64,000 nucleotides of DNA from Piromyces finnis finn. Lineage: Eukaryota > Fungi > Neocallimastigomycota. Made by a program: the position numbers and the translations under genes. The notes under the pieces are model-generated. The model saw nothing but the letters and a program-made list of their open reading frames with translations. It searched no databases and was not told where the DNA came from. The stretch is taken from contig MCFH01000052.1 of assembly GCA_002104945.1 (NCBI GenBank), forward strand, positions 336,664 to 400,663, read 5' to 3'. This document shows, piece by piece, positions 36,669 to 48,360 of the stretch (position 1 is the stretch's first letter; each line of letters begins with the position of its first letter).

Positions 36669-39600
36669 ATGCCAAGTGAAGAAACAACAAGCCAGAGTGA
36701 TTGGTCGAAAGAAGAATATGATGAAGAAATCGAAAGTGACTTTGAAGATACTGATATTAATGAACAGTTCTTTGTATGTGCTAATAAAAGGAAGTTGGAT
36801 AAAATAAGCAAAGAACAAGATGATAATAAAGAAAAACGACTTCACAAAAACTTGAAAAATGATCCTAGACCTATTCTTACACCTGCTCTTAGGAAACGTA
36901 AAGCACAAGAATTAGAAAATATACCAATAGATGTTTCTCCTAAGCAACTGCATCCTTCTATTATTGCTCAACCGAATATCAGAGAACAAAAACTAAAAGA
37001 AAGAAAACTTCGGGATAAAGAGCGTGCTAGTAGTAGTGAACAAAAGGAAGAAGAAAAGAATGAATTGGCAAGTTCTAATGAAGATCCTATTATTATCGAC
37101 TATGATGAAGAAGAAATGTTATCTGCAATTACAGATAAGAAAGGTGCTAAGGTGGTAGAGAAAGATAACACAAGTGAATCAACCAAATCTACTTCTAATT
37201 CAACTCTAAATAAATTAATGAAAGAGCAAAAGAAAGAAAAACCTGCAGAATCGAAGGTTAAGAAAACTGCTAGAAATATTCAAATGATAGCAGATACGGA
37301 AGAATATAATGTAGTTAAAGATCTTAACGAAACAAAATGCAATATTACTTTTGGTCAATTACTTAACTCGGCTCCAAAGTTACGAACGCAAGTGTCACAA
37401 GGTCTTAAACTGGAAAAGAACAACACAAAAATTGTGGGAGCTCTGGAGAATTTTAATGCTACTTCGGTATTAGTAAATAATGTAGATCATTCGTATGTAA
37501 GCAAAAGTAAAGAAGTATCAGAAGAAGATATCGCTATGGTAGATGCAACGGTTGATGGGGTACCAGGTAAATTATTAGTTGATTCCTGTAGCAACTTAAG
37601 TATTATAACAAAAAAATATTTAGATAAACTTCCCCATCAATATGAATCTATTGGATTGAGTTGTGGAAGAATACGTTTAGCTACTAAAAATGATGACTAT
37701 TCGGAAGGCATAATTATTAGAGTACCGGTCCAGATAAATGATCTTACAATCACTGCTGATTTTAGAGTGGTGGATAAAGAAGACCCCTTTTATGATATGT
37801 TAATTAATTTGAAAACCCAAATGGATAACAACTTATTTATCCACCCACTTCGCTATAGTCTTTGCAGATTTAATTCAAATGGATTTATTGAAGATATTGC
37901 GCCAATTAATAACAAATATGATGATGAAGAAAAGATTATGTGTATGATACGTAGAGTCGGTGATGAAGATTGTAAAAGTGATTTGAAAAATATTGAAGGT
38001 TTACCACCTTCAGAATATATTCACAATAAAAATTTTACTGAGACTCTTAATGAAAAGTATCGAGAACAAATTGTTCGGATATTGGAAGAGAATATTGAAA
38101 TTATTGCTACTTCTTCTGAAGAACTAACACCTTCGAATTTAACTCCCCATAAGATTAATTTAAAGCCAGGAGCAAAGCCAATTAAACAAAGATCATATAG
38201 GTTAGCCAAGTTCAAATCTGATATACTTAAGGAAGAATTGTCTAAATTGATTAATAAAAAGCTAATTGAGCCATCGTACTCGGAATGGTCTTCTCCGGTG
38301 GTTTTGGTCCCGAAGCATAATGGGAAATGGAGAATGTGCGTGGACTATCGAAGAGTTAATGATTTGTCTGAAAAGGATGCCTATTCAATTCCTTTTATAG
38401 ATGAGATATTTGATAGTTTACATGGTGCAACTATATTCACTACTATGGACTTATATTCCGGCTATCATCAAATCCTTATGGATGAAGAAAGCGTTGAATT
38501 GACAAGTTTTACAACTAAGTTTGGAAATTACCAATTCAAGGTTATGCCTTTTGGTCTCACTGGAGCACCCGCTACATTTCAGAGGGAGATGAATCGGATT
38601 CTGTTTCCGTTAATTGGAAAGTGTGTTTATAACTTCATTGATGATATTCTGATCTATTCAAAGAGTATTGAAGAACATATTGAACATATAAATCAAGTTT
38701 TAGCAATTTTCCGGGAAAACAAACTAAAAATCAATATTGAAAAATGTCATTTTATGCAAACTGAAGTTGACGTGTTAGGCCATCGTTTAACTACAGAAGG
38801 TCTTAAACCATTAGATAACAAAATCCAAGCTATAAAAAATTGGAAACCTCCTTCGAATATCCATGAATTAAGATCATTCCTAGGTTCAATTGGATATTAT
38901 AGAGATTTTATTCCTAATTATGCTAAACTTACTGCTCCCTTGTGTAAGCTGCTTAGAAAAGGTGTTCCTTTCAAATGGTGTAATGAACAACAAGAGAGTT
39001 TTATTATATTGAAAGAAAAGTTAATTAATGCGCCTATTCTGAAATTCCCTGATTTTGAGAAAGAATTTATAATCCGAACAGATGCATCGTATGAAGGAAT
39101 CGGAGGAGTATTATTACAAAAGGAAGGCACAGATATTGAACATCCAATTCATTATATTAGCCGAAGTCTGACGAAAGCAGAAAAAAATTATGGAATTACT
39201 GACTTGGAAGGGACTGCCTTATTTTACTGCATTACTAAATTAAAGCCTTATATAATGGGAAGTCCATTCAAGACTATCGTCTATACTGATCATAAACCAT
39301 TAATTGGATTATTTAAAAATAAGGAGCCAAACAATGCAAGACAAACAAGATGGTGTTTAACAGCTAGTATGCTAGGAGTTGATATTCGTTATGAACAAGG
39401 TAAAAAGAATGTTGTAGCAGATGCACTGTCTCGAATGAGAAATGACAAAGATAAGGAAGTGTTAGCTACTAAAATTAATAAAGGTATAGAAGAAACCATG
39501 CTATCTAAGGTAATTAAAGAATTTGTTGAAGAAAAGTTCACCAAAATAGATGGGGTGGATTACTTTATTGATGGAAGGAATTATCGAAAACTGATCACGG

Positions 39601-40655
39601 AAACCAATGAAAAGCTGAAATTGATTTTGGAAGCTCATAACATTGGACATGAAGGATATTATAAAACTTATCAACGTCTGAGAAAAAGCTATTATTGGAA
39701 CGACATGGTTAATGATATTCGAAGAGTTGTAGCCAAATGTGAAAAATGCCAACTTAATCGCCCTCAACCATATCCAGAACCTACGGAAAATCTTCCAACT
39801 GAGGTTGAAGCTCCTTTCACTCATCTGGGTTTAGATATCATTGGTCCATTGGTAAAAACTCGTAACAATAACCAATATATTATAGTTGCAGTGGATCATT
39901 TCACAAAATGGGTCGAAGCAGAACCCACCGAAAATATCACTTCAAAGGATGTCATAAAATTTTTAATCAATGTTTTCTCTCGGCATGGAGTACCACAAGT
40001 CATTACAACCGATAACGGTGTCCAATTTACCTCAGATATGACCAAAGTTTTCCTGGACTTATATGATGTCTATGTCAAGTTTGTCTCAACTTATCATCCT
40101 GAAAGTAATGGTTTGACTGAAAATAGAAACAGAGAAATTGGAAAGCTTCTAAGACTGCTTGGAAAAGAAAACAAGGATTGGGATGAAATTTTGCCTTCTG
40201 CTCTTTGGGCGCTCAGAACTACTAAAAATACTGTCACAAACCATTCTAGTTTTGAATTGGTTTATGGAAGAGAAGATCAGCAACCCTTTGATATTGCCGC
40301 CAGACCTACTAAGGGTATTAATCAGTCTTCGGATGAAATCTTACTTGAGAAGTTTATTAATCATTACAGGTGGACGTTGGAAGCTTGTGAAAATATTAAA
40401 AATGCGAATAAATACTGGGCTACTAGAAGGGAAGAAAAACAAAGTATGACTAAGGGCAAAAATATCCATATCGGTGATCTAGTATTAGTTAGAAATTTTA
40501 ATCGAACGAAGTTAGAGCCTTATTTCGTTGGACCACTCAAAGTTGTCAAGAAACAATTCAATACTGTTACTTTAGCTGATATATCCACTGGAATTCAGAT
40601 GAACCGAAATGTTCATCTTAAGAATATTGTAAAGTTTAACTCTGCTTTTGCGTAA
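36669..40655 (+). CDS. pol: Pol (PR-RT-RH-IN) of element C; -1 frame is open back to 36600
   Basis: LVDSCSN protease, FIDD RT, RTDAS RNase H, HHCC, DDE; no chromodomain. Confidence 0.95.
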   Translation: MPSEETTSQSDWSKEEYDEEIESDFEDTDINEQFFVCANKRKLDKISKEQDDNKEKRLHKNLKNDPRPILTPALRKRKAQELENIPIDVSPKQLHPSIIAQPNIREQKLKERKLRDKERASSSEQKEEEKNELASSNEDPIIIDYDEEEMLSAITDKKGAKVVEKDNTSESTKSTSNSTLNKLMKEQKKEKPAESKVKKTARNIQMIADTEEYNVVKDLNETKCNITFGQLLNSAPKLRTQVSQGLKLEKNNTKIVGALENFNATSVLVNNVDHSYVSKSKEVSEEDIAMVDATVDGVPGKLLVDSCSNLSIITKKYLDKLPHQYESIGLSCGRIRLATKNDDYSEGIIIRVPVQINDLTITADFRVVDKEDPFYDMLINLKTQMDNNLFIHPLRYSLCRFNSNGFIEDIAPINNKYDDEEKIMCMIRRVGDEDCKSDLKNIEGLPPSEYIHNKNFTETLNEKYREQIVRILEENIEIIATSSEELTPSNLTPHKINLKPGAKPIKQRSYRLAKFKSDILKEELSKLINKKLIEPSYSEWSSPVVLVPKHNGKWRMCVDYRRVNDLSEKDAYSIPFIDEIFDSLHGATIFTTMDLYSGYHQILMDEESVELTSFTTKFGNYQFKVMPFGLTGAPATFQREMNRILFPLIGKCVYNFIDDILIYSKSIEEHIEHINQVLAIFRENKLKINIEKCHFMQTEVDVLGHRLTTEGLKPLDNKIQAIKNWKPPSNIHELRSFLGSIGYYRDFIPNYAKLTAPLCKLLRKGVPFKWCNEQQESFIILKEKLINAPILKFPDFEKEFIIRTDASYEGIGGVLLQKEGTDIEHPIHYISRSLTKAEKNYGITDLEGTALFYCITKLKPYIMGSPFKTIVYTDHKPLIGLFKNKEPNNARQTRWCLTASMLGVDIRYEQGKKNVVADALSRMRNDKDKEVLATKINKGIEETMLSKVIKEFVEEKFTKIDGVDYFIDGRNYRKLITETNEKLKLILEAHNIGHEGYYKTYQRLRKSYYWNDMVNDIRRVVAKCEKCQLNRPQPYPEPTENLPTEVEAPFTHLGLDIIGPLVKTRNNNQYIIVAVDHFTKWVEAEPTENITSKDVIKFLINVFSRHGVPQVITTDNGVQFTSDMTKVFLDLYDVYVKFVSTYHPESNGLTENRNREIGKLLRLLGKENKDWDEILPSALWALRTTKNTVTNHSSFELVYGREDQQPFDIAARPTKGINQSSDEILLEKFINHYRWTLEACENIKNANKYWATRREEKQSMTKGKNIHIGDLVLVRNFNRTKLEPYFVGPLKVVKKQFNTVTLADISTGIQMNRNVHLKNIVKFNSAFA

Positions 40656-40678
40656 GCAAGAGTCTTCGTGGGGGCACT

Positions 40679-41389
40679 TGTTAAGGAACCAACAAATAAT
40701 GTTATTCTTGTCATAATTAATGATTATGACCTAATCCATTCATTATTGTTCCTAAATGTATGAAAACTTTACAATATTCTTATTTGTAAATTAATGTATA
40801 CACTTAAATTATATTTAAAATTATTAATAATTATTTTTTATTGAACTTAAATTTTATTTTATTAAACTTAAAAATTAATTTAGTAATAATAATATATTGA
40901 AAATTATAGTTTATTGAACTTTTAGTTTAATTTATCAAGTTAATGAATTTTTATTAATTAAAATTATGAATAATATTTCTGTAAAATAGTAAAATTTTTT
41001 TAGTTAAATATATTTAAAGTAAACTTTTAATGTATGTTAATCAATTTAATAATATGTATAAATATTTATTATAATAGTAATGTAATTTTATTATTCATTT
41101 AAAAGTAATTTAAATACTAAAATTATGTAAATAATTAAAGACTAATTCTTTTAATTAACACTACTTAATTTTTTACAAAAAGTATAAAAAGGTGTATATT
41201 ATAAGAATTAGAGAATATACAGATATTTTTATTTTTATTTTTATTTTATTTTATAATTTTATATTAATATCTTAATAAAACAATTTTATTAATAAAACAA
41301 TTTTTCTTATTTCATTTTAATATTATTTTTGAGTATTAATAAATTTATTAATATTTTATAAATAAAAGTAAATTCCTCGAACCGTAACA
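40679..41389 (+). repeat. Element C 3' LTR
   Basis: Direct repeat of the 5' LTR. Confidence 0.95.
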
Positions 41390-41392
41390 TTT

Positions 41393-42194
41393 TGATAAAT
41401 AATGAAATTAATAAATATAAAATTATTATTATACCTGATTTTTAAGTTAACCCTAAAAGTAACTTAAAACAAGTTATAGTTTAATTAAGTACTTTACCAA
41501 AATTCTTAAATAAAATTAATCCTAAACACTGCATATATTTTGATTATTGAAAGAAAATAATAAACTTTAATTAATCGAGATCAAAATATATAACTCTTGT
41601 TAAATTAATTGTTAAATTAAATATTTAATAACTTCGTTAGTAAATTACACTTTAAAAGTAAACAAATATAATAATTCATGTTATAAAATAATATAATTAA
41701 ACACCTTTATTAAAACATTAAAAATGATTATTACTTTAATTAATTGTAAAATAAACAACTTTTTATATTCTTTAACTTTTAATTATTTCTTTTATTGTTA
41801 TTTCTAATTACTTTTATTGTAAATAGTTATTAATTTTATTGTTTTAATGTAAATAGTTTAAATCTAAAAGAAAATATAAATACATGTAAATATTCTTATT
41901 TTAATCATTATTATTATTATTAATAAAGAAATATTATATAGTTAGATTAATATTTTATAATTTTAATAATCACTTTTATACTTAAATAAATAAAATTTTA
42001 AATATTTAAATATTAGAAAAACAAGTGTTTCTAATAAAACAATTTAGTGTTTTAACAAAACAATTTTATTAATTTTTATAAAAACGATTTTAAATCTTAA
42101 TCAATATAACTTATATAGTTATAACAAAAGATATAATATAATAATCACTTTTTGAAGTAAAATTCAAAATTAAGATTATTATCAAATTATATCA
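41393..42194 (+). mobile_element. Solo LTR family F (copy 1)
   Basis: TGAT...ATCA; matches 11171-11971 (inverted) and 42778-44226. Confidence 0.88.
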
Positions 42195-42197
42195 TTT

Positions 42198-42328
42198 TGA
42201 TAAATAATTAAATTTATAAATTATGAATTTATAATAATAATAATAATAATAATATTAAAACACAGATAGTTAAAAATTAAAATAATTAACTTGTATAAAA
42301 TTATTAAATTAAAAATTATAAATGTAAA

Positions 42329-42359
<31 letters not shown>

Positions 42360-42773
42360 TAAATTAAATAGTTTATATTTGTTTATAATTATACTTTAAA
42401 ATAATAATTTTGTATAAATAGTGATAGGATTATTTTATTTTAAAAAGATGTTCCTAATAATCCAGTAAAATTAGATAATAATATTAAATTTTATTAAAAT
42501 AATAATTGTGATTATATTTACATACATTCAAGATGTATTAAACCATAACATATATATATTTAATAATACAAGAGTTATTAAATATTAAAACTTTATAATT
42601 AAATAAAATAATTTTATATTTTAAACTAACAAAGACTTGCAAATGAACAAGTATAAAAATCATTTATTCTATTTTTATTTTCTTATTTATTTTTATTTAT
42701 TAAATTTTAGATACAAATATTATCACTTTCTATATTCCTTTATAGAATTAAGATAATATTTTTCTTCGTATCA
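42198..42773 (+). mobile_element. Solo LTR family G
   Basis: Matches 764-1362 with a shorter (TAA)n; T-run flanks. Confidence 0.9.
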
Positions 42774-42777
42774 TTTT

Positions 42778-44226
42778 TTATAAATAATGAAATTAATAAA
42801 TATAAAATTATTATTAAACCTGATTTTTATGTCAAAATCACAATTCATGAAATTTGACATTTCATGAAATTTCATAATTTTGAATTATTAGTTAAATTAA
42901 TTAAAATATTAATTTAATAATATTTTACTAATAATAGTTTATTTAATATAAATATTAATTGGAAAGCTATTTATTATCCGGAGATAAATAGTGTAACAAT
43001 TAATTAATATTAAACAAACCAATTAGTAAAATAAGATTCATTTAAATAATTATTAATATTATTTTTAACAACTTTTTAATATCGATATTTAAAGAAAATT
43101 ATATTATTATTATTATATTTATTAATATTTATATTTATATTATTATACATGTATAACTTAAATTATATTATTATTATTATACTTTATTAATATCAACATT
43201 ATATTAAAAATGAAAGTATAAATAAGTTGAACAAAGAACAACTTTAAGAAGTTCTTTGTGAGATTATTAATACTCATTTTTATATAGTAAATTCAATATT
43301 TAAAATTAATAATTATCATTTACTTATATTATAAAAATTAAATAAAATATTTCTTAAAAAACTATATTTATTACTCTTTTATTTATAAAAATTTATTATT
43401 TACTATATAATTAAGCCTATCCTAACCTAGTAGACTTAATTATAGTTCTAAATCCACTCTAACTCTTGACATTTTAAGTTAACCCTAAAAGTAACTTAAA
43501 ACAAGTTATAGTTTAATTAAGTACTTTACCAAAATTCTTAAATAAAATTAATCCTAAACACTGCATATATTTTGATTATTGAAAGAAAATAATAAACTTT
43601 AATTAATCGAGATCAAAATATATAACTTTTGTTAAATTAATTGTTAAATTAAATATTTAATAACTTCGTTAGTAAATTACACTTTAAAAGTAAACAAATA
43701 TAATAATTCATGTTATAAAATAATATAATTAAACACCTTTATTAAAACATTAAAAATGATTATTACTTTAATTAATTGTAAAATAAACAACTTTTTATAT
43801 TCTTTAACTTTTAATTATTTCTTTTATTGTTATTTCTAATTACTTTTATTGTAAATAGTTATTAATTTTATTGTTTTAATGTAAATAGTTTAAATCTAAA
43901 AGAAAATATAAATACATGTAAATATTCTTATTTTAATCATTATTATTATTATTAATAAAGAAATATTATATAGTTAGATTAATATTTTATAATTTTAATA
44001 ATCACTTTTATACTTAAATAAATAAAATTTTAAATATTTAAATATTAGAAAAACAAGTGTTTCTAATAAAACAATTTAGTGTTTTAACAAAACAATTTTA
44101 TTAATTTTTATAAAAACAATTTTAAATTTTAATTCATATAACTTATATAGTTATAACAAAAGATATAATATAATAATCACTTTTTGAAGTAAAATTCAAA
44201 ATTAAGATTATTATCAAATTATATCA
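42778..44226 (+). mobile_element. LTR family F (copy 2), interrupted by solo LTR A, followed by a PBS
   Basis: 42778-42829 plus 43477-44226 reconstitute family F; terminal TG mutated to TT. Confidence 0.85.
42830..43471 (+). mobile_element. Solo LTR of family A nested in family F LTR
   Basis: Similar to 4894-5534; 5-bp TSD TTTTA (42825-42829 / 43472-43476). Confidence 0.92.
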
Positions 44227-44227
44227 A

Positions 44228-44243
44228 TGGTCCTTCGAACCGG
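44228..44243 (+). promoter_or_regulatory. Primer-binding site, tRNA-Tyr-type (family F)
   Basis: TGGTCCTTCGAACCGG 1 nt after the LTR end; complement of the ...CCGG(C/T)TCGAAGGACCA tRNA-Tyr 3' end. Confidence 0.75.
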
Positions 44244-44761
44244 AGAATCAAAATAAGGTAAATATATAAATTTTCTTTATATAAAATTTCATATAGAATA
44301 GTAAAATATTCTATGAAATTAATTAAATAATCAAGTTATAATAGTATAGAATAGATATTTAATAGAATAGTTAGCTAGATATTCTCAATATTTTATCTAT
44401 TTAGAAATTATAACTTATTAAATAATAAAATAATATTAAATAAAATAAATAAATTATAATACTTAATAGTATAGTATTAATATAGTAAATTGATATATAA
44501 ACATTATATATTATATAAAATATATAGATATTTTAAATAAGAAAAGAATTTAAAAAAAAATAGTATAGAAGAATTATTAGATAACTAGATTGATAATATT
44601 ATAAATAAGATAGTTGAAAGAATTAATTATAATAATAAAATAGGTATATATATATTAGGTATATATACATAAAGATAAATATATAATAAAAATAAATCAA
44701 AATAATAATAAATAAAGATTTAAGTATATATATATAAAAAATATATATACACCAAACAAAC

Positions 44762-44805
<44 letters not shown>

Positions 44806-45617
44806 ATAAAACTTTATAAATAAAAATACTTGTAAAAATATACTAGGAGCGTATAGAGCTCATATACAGAGTTTCAGTGTATAATTAACTAGTTTCAGTT
44901 GGTTAGAAACTATAGCTGTTAATCACTGAAGTATTTGTAAAAGTAGGACGAGTGTGAATAGCACGCTTACTTGGGGGAAGGGATTGTTAGTGTGATAAAG
45001 AGCACGCAATACAGGACTCTCAAGTTGAATACTTTTGTGAACTCTGGCGAATAAGGAACTTTAGTCACCGAAGGCTAAAGGTTTGTCGTGAAGGTAAAGC
45101 GACATAAAAATATATAGTTTAAATTTATTTTGAGATCTAGTATATCACCTCTAGTTAGTAGCTTTTGCCAGTTAATTAAATTGTTGTAAGGCACTAAAAA
45201 GCGAAAAATAAATCCTGTAAATAAAGTTTTATATTTAATTATTTTTTTTAAAAAAAGAAAAAGAAATACATAAATTATAATTATAAATTAATAATTATAA
45301 TTTATAAATTAAAGATAAAAATTATTTAATTATAAAATATAATCATCGGTCAAGTAAAATTAAAAGTATTGTTATAAATTTTAAATAATAAAAGCAATAA
45401 TATTGAGTTGTCTTTTTAGTTAATTTTCAGCGAAAAATAACTTTTGTTTATCTTTTCGGTTAATTAATTACTAAGATAATTAAAGTGTTTTATAGTAAGT
45501 TAGTAAGAGTGCAGTTTTATCACATATCGTGGGGAATAGAGTGCTAACTAATAAGTAAATATTACATCACTTAATATTTATGATGGTTAGTTAGTGGAGG
45601 TCGAAAGACACGGTGAC
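44244..45617 (+). mobile_element. Non-coding internal remnant (leader) of a family F element
   Basis: Follows the PBS; poly(A) tract at ~44763-44797 then a GC-richer block, like the B and C leaders; no ORF. Confidence 0.55.
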
Positions 45618-45918
45618 TGATAAAGAATGAAATTTATAAATAATGAATTAATAGAATAGCTGATTCTAAAATTATATAAACTTAATATAAATTAAAATAA
45701 TAGTAAATAATCAAATTAATATAAAATATAAATATTTAATTAAACTTTAAAAATGTAAAATATAAACAACTTTTGTTTATAAACAAACTTAAATGTAATT
45801 TTTATTATAAATAGAAATAGAAAATATTATTTTTTAAGATTGTTACTAATTAGCCAGGAAAATTAGAATATTTTAATAATAAAATAATAAATTTATATAT
45901 TTTTTTATAATATATAGC
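45618..45918 (+). mobile_element. Truncated LTR family H
   Basis: TGATAAAGAATGAAATTTATAAATAATGAATTAATAGAATAGCTGATT also present at 47306-47356; purine-rich tract just upstream. Confidence 0.55.
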
Positions 45919-46058
45919 TGATATAAATTAAGTAATAAATATAATACACTTTCTCATTGAAAGTTTAAAAACAATATTATTTATATAAAGAAAATTAATA
46001 TTCTTAATTTTAGAAACGCTTTATTAATTAGGTTTTTAGAAAAAAAAATTAAAATTAA

Positions 46059-46130
46059 TGCCTATTGACGGAATCGAACCACCGACCTTCGCTTTACAAG
46101 AGCGACGCTCTACCACTAAGCCAAACAGGC
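46059..46130 (-). tRNA. tRNA-Thr (TGT)
   Basis: 72-nt cloverleaf, anticodon loop CTTGTAA. Confidence 0.95.
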
Positions 46131-46137
46131 ATTAAAT

Positions 46138-46208
46138 TGCGTTAACCGGGAATCGAACCCGGGCCATTTGCTTGGAAGGCAAATATTCTACCTCTATACT
46201 ATTAACGC
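46138..46208 (-). tRNA. tRNA-Gly (TCC)
   Basis: 71-nt cloverleaf, anticodon loop CTTCCAA. Confidence 0.95.
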
Positions 46209-46224
46209 CTTACTTTCATTTATT

Positions 46225-47301
46225 TGATACGCTACTCACATAAAAACGTAATAAAAACTAGCCGAATAAACACGACTTAACCCATAACGACTTATAATAA
46301 AAATAAAAGATAATAACCCTTAAAAATGAATAAATAATAATTTTATGGAAATATAACCCTTTCTTTTAAATAAATAATATTCTCTTTATTAAATAATAAA
46401 TTATGAATAAAAACGACCTAATAGTGATAATAATAAAATAAATTATTAAATAAAATAAAACGACTCAATCCAAAAATGTATTAAAATAATAAAATAATAA
46501 TAAGTAAATAAAAATGAATAAATAAACTAAAAAATAAAATGATATACATTAAATTATTAATTCTAGTGTTTTATCCAAGTGTTCTTTAGAAATTCTTTCA
46601 AACTTATATATATAAATTAACAAATAAATAACTGAGTAATTATTACTAAAAGTGATTAATTTAAAGCCTGGAAATAGAACAATAATAACAATTCCAAAGA
46701 TAAAATACAGAACTCTTTTATGTTTCTGTATAAAATGAGTGTTTATAATAATTGATACTTTTAATATTTTAATTTCATTTTAATTTTATTTTAATATTAT
46801 TTTAATTTTAAATTTTAATTATTTTATTCAAGGTATTATACATTTAATGATAGTCAATGATAATTTATAATAATTTTTCTAAATTTAAACATTTTGAAGT
46901 AATAAGAAAATCAAATAAGTAATATTCTATAATATTTTATAATACTAAGACATAATTTTAATTTATTCTTTTAATTTTAATAAATAATAACAATAGTAAT
47001 AATAACATTTAATAGTTAAAAATAATAATACATGTAATAAATGAAAATGTATAAAAGGAAGATAAAATTCTTCTTTATAAAGGGCGGACAATAAATAGAC
47101 AATAAATAAAATTATAAATATAATAAAGAGATAATTTAAACATAATAAAAAGAGTTTATTTTCGAGTTTTTGAGTGATTTATTTGTTAATTATAAAACAT
47201 ATTTTATTTTATTTTAAATTTATTGTTTCATCATTATAATATAGAATTTATTATTTATTAAAAACATTATATTATTCACAAATATATCGGTCAACGCATC
47301 A
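46225..47301 (+). mobile_element. Solo LTR family B, 16 bp upstream of tRNA-Gly
   Basis: Reverse complement of 21613-22688; 4-bp TSD TATT (46221-46224 / 47302-47305). Confidence 0.93.
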
Positions 47302-47305
47302 TATT

Positions 47306-47356
47306 TATAAAGAATGAAAATTATAAATAATGAATTAATAGAATAGCTGATTTTAA
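47306..47356 (+). mobile_element. 51-bp 5' stub of LTR family H
   Basis: Matches 45618-45668; cut by the I/J/D stack. Confidence 0.7.
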
Positions 47357-48355
47357 TGTGAAGATATTAACTGGATTTAAAACAAATTCAGATAATATCT
47401 ATAATTAATTAAACATAATAATTAGAATTAAATAATCCCAATAATAATTTTAAAATACCTTTAAAAGTCACCTTTTAAATTTTGGTTCAGTGAAAGGGTT
47501 ATGATTTCAAAAAATTTAATATCAATACACTATAACCCTTAGCCAAAAATAAACAAATACGAAACTACGCATAACTCGTCAAAAACGAGCGTTACGGCTG
47601 TAAGTGCTACGGCTGTGAAACCAGGTTTATTAGAAAGCTTAAGGGAAAAGCTATATTTTGGTACAATCGCGGTCCTTCTAACTGGTCATTAAGGAAGATA
47701 TGGTCATTTAAAGATTTTAATAAGTAAATTAAAATTAATATGATATCAAGTATGGATCATAGACATTTCTTATGACTTGACGAAAAATTAAAAAGATATC
47801 AATACAGAAATTTTAATTATATTAATTTAATTAATGATAGTGACTGTTACTAAAAATAGAACTAAACCATTTAGGTGTAACAGTTAACATTTATAAATTA
47901 AATAATTTTAATTATTATAAAATAGGTTAATGGATCAAGTGTTTAAATGATTAATCATATGTTTATTTTATTTTATGTCATGACAAAACAAACAAACAAA
48001 CAAACAAACAATCTTATTATATTATTAACATATTACATGTAATACTTTATTTTTATCAATTTAATAATCTGAACAAAGAATATAAAATAGAATGAATTGA
48101 ATTCGATTTTAATTCTTTGTAAAGATTATAGTTATAATCTTAATTATATAGTTATTAAATATATTATCATTTATATTATTATTAATAAATAAATAAAATT
48201 TTATAAAAAAAATTATTCTAAAGAATAAATATTAATTTTTCATTTGGAAGTTTAAAGGGTTATTTTATATTTAAATTTAATTTCTTAAAAACATATTTAC
48301 TATATAATTGATAACATTCTGACCTGGCCGCATAACCAAATCCAAAAACTTAACA
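47357..48355 (+). mobile_element. Solo LTR family I (999 bp)
   Basis: TGTGAAG...CTTAACA; 5-bp TSD TTTAA; homologs at 1-75 and 51910-53041. Confidence 0.9.
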
Positions 48356-48360
48356 TTTAA

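Larger units (their letters stand above)
33464..41389 (+). mobile_element. Full-length Ty3/gypsy element C (no chromodomain), 15 bp upstream of tRNA-Cys
   Basis: 711-bp LTRs 33464-34174 and 40679-41389; TTTT flanks; PBS at 34182; PPT GTGGGGG; intact gag and pol. Confidence 0.95.
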
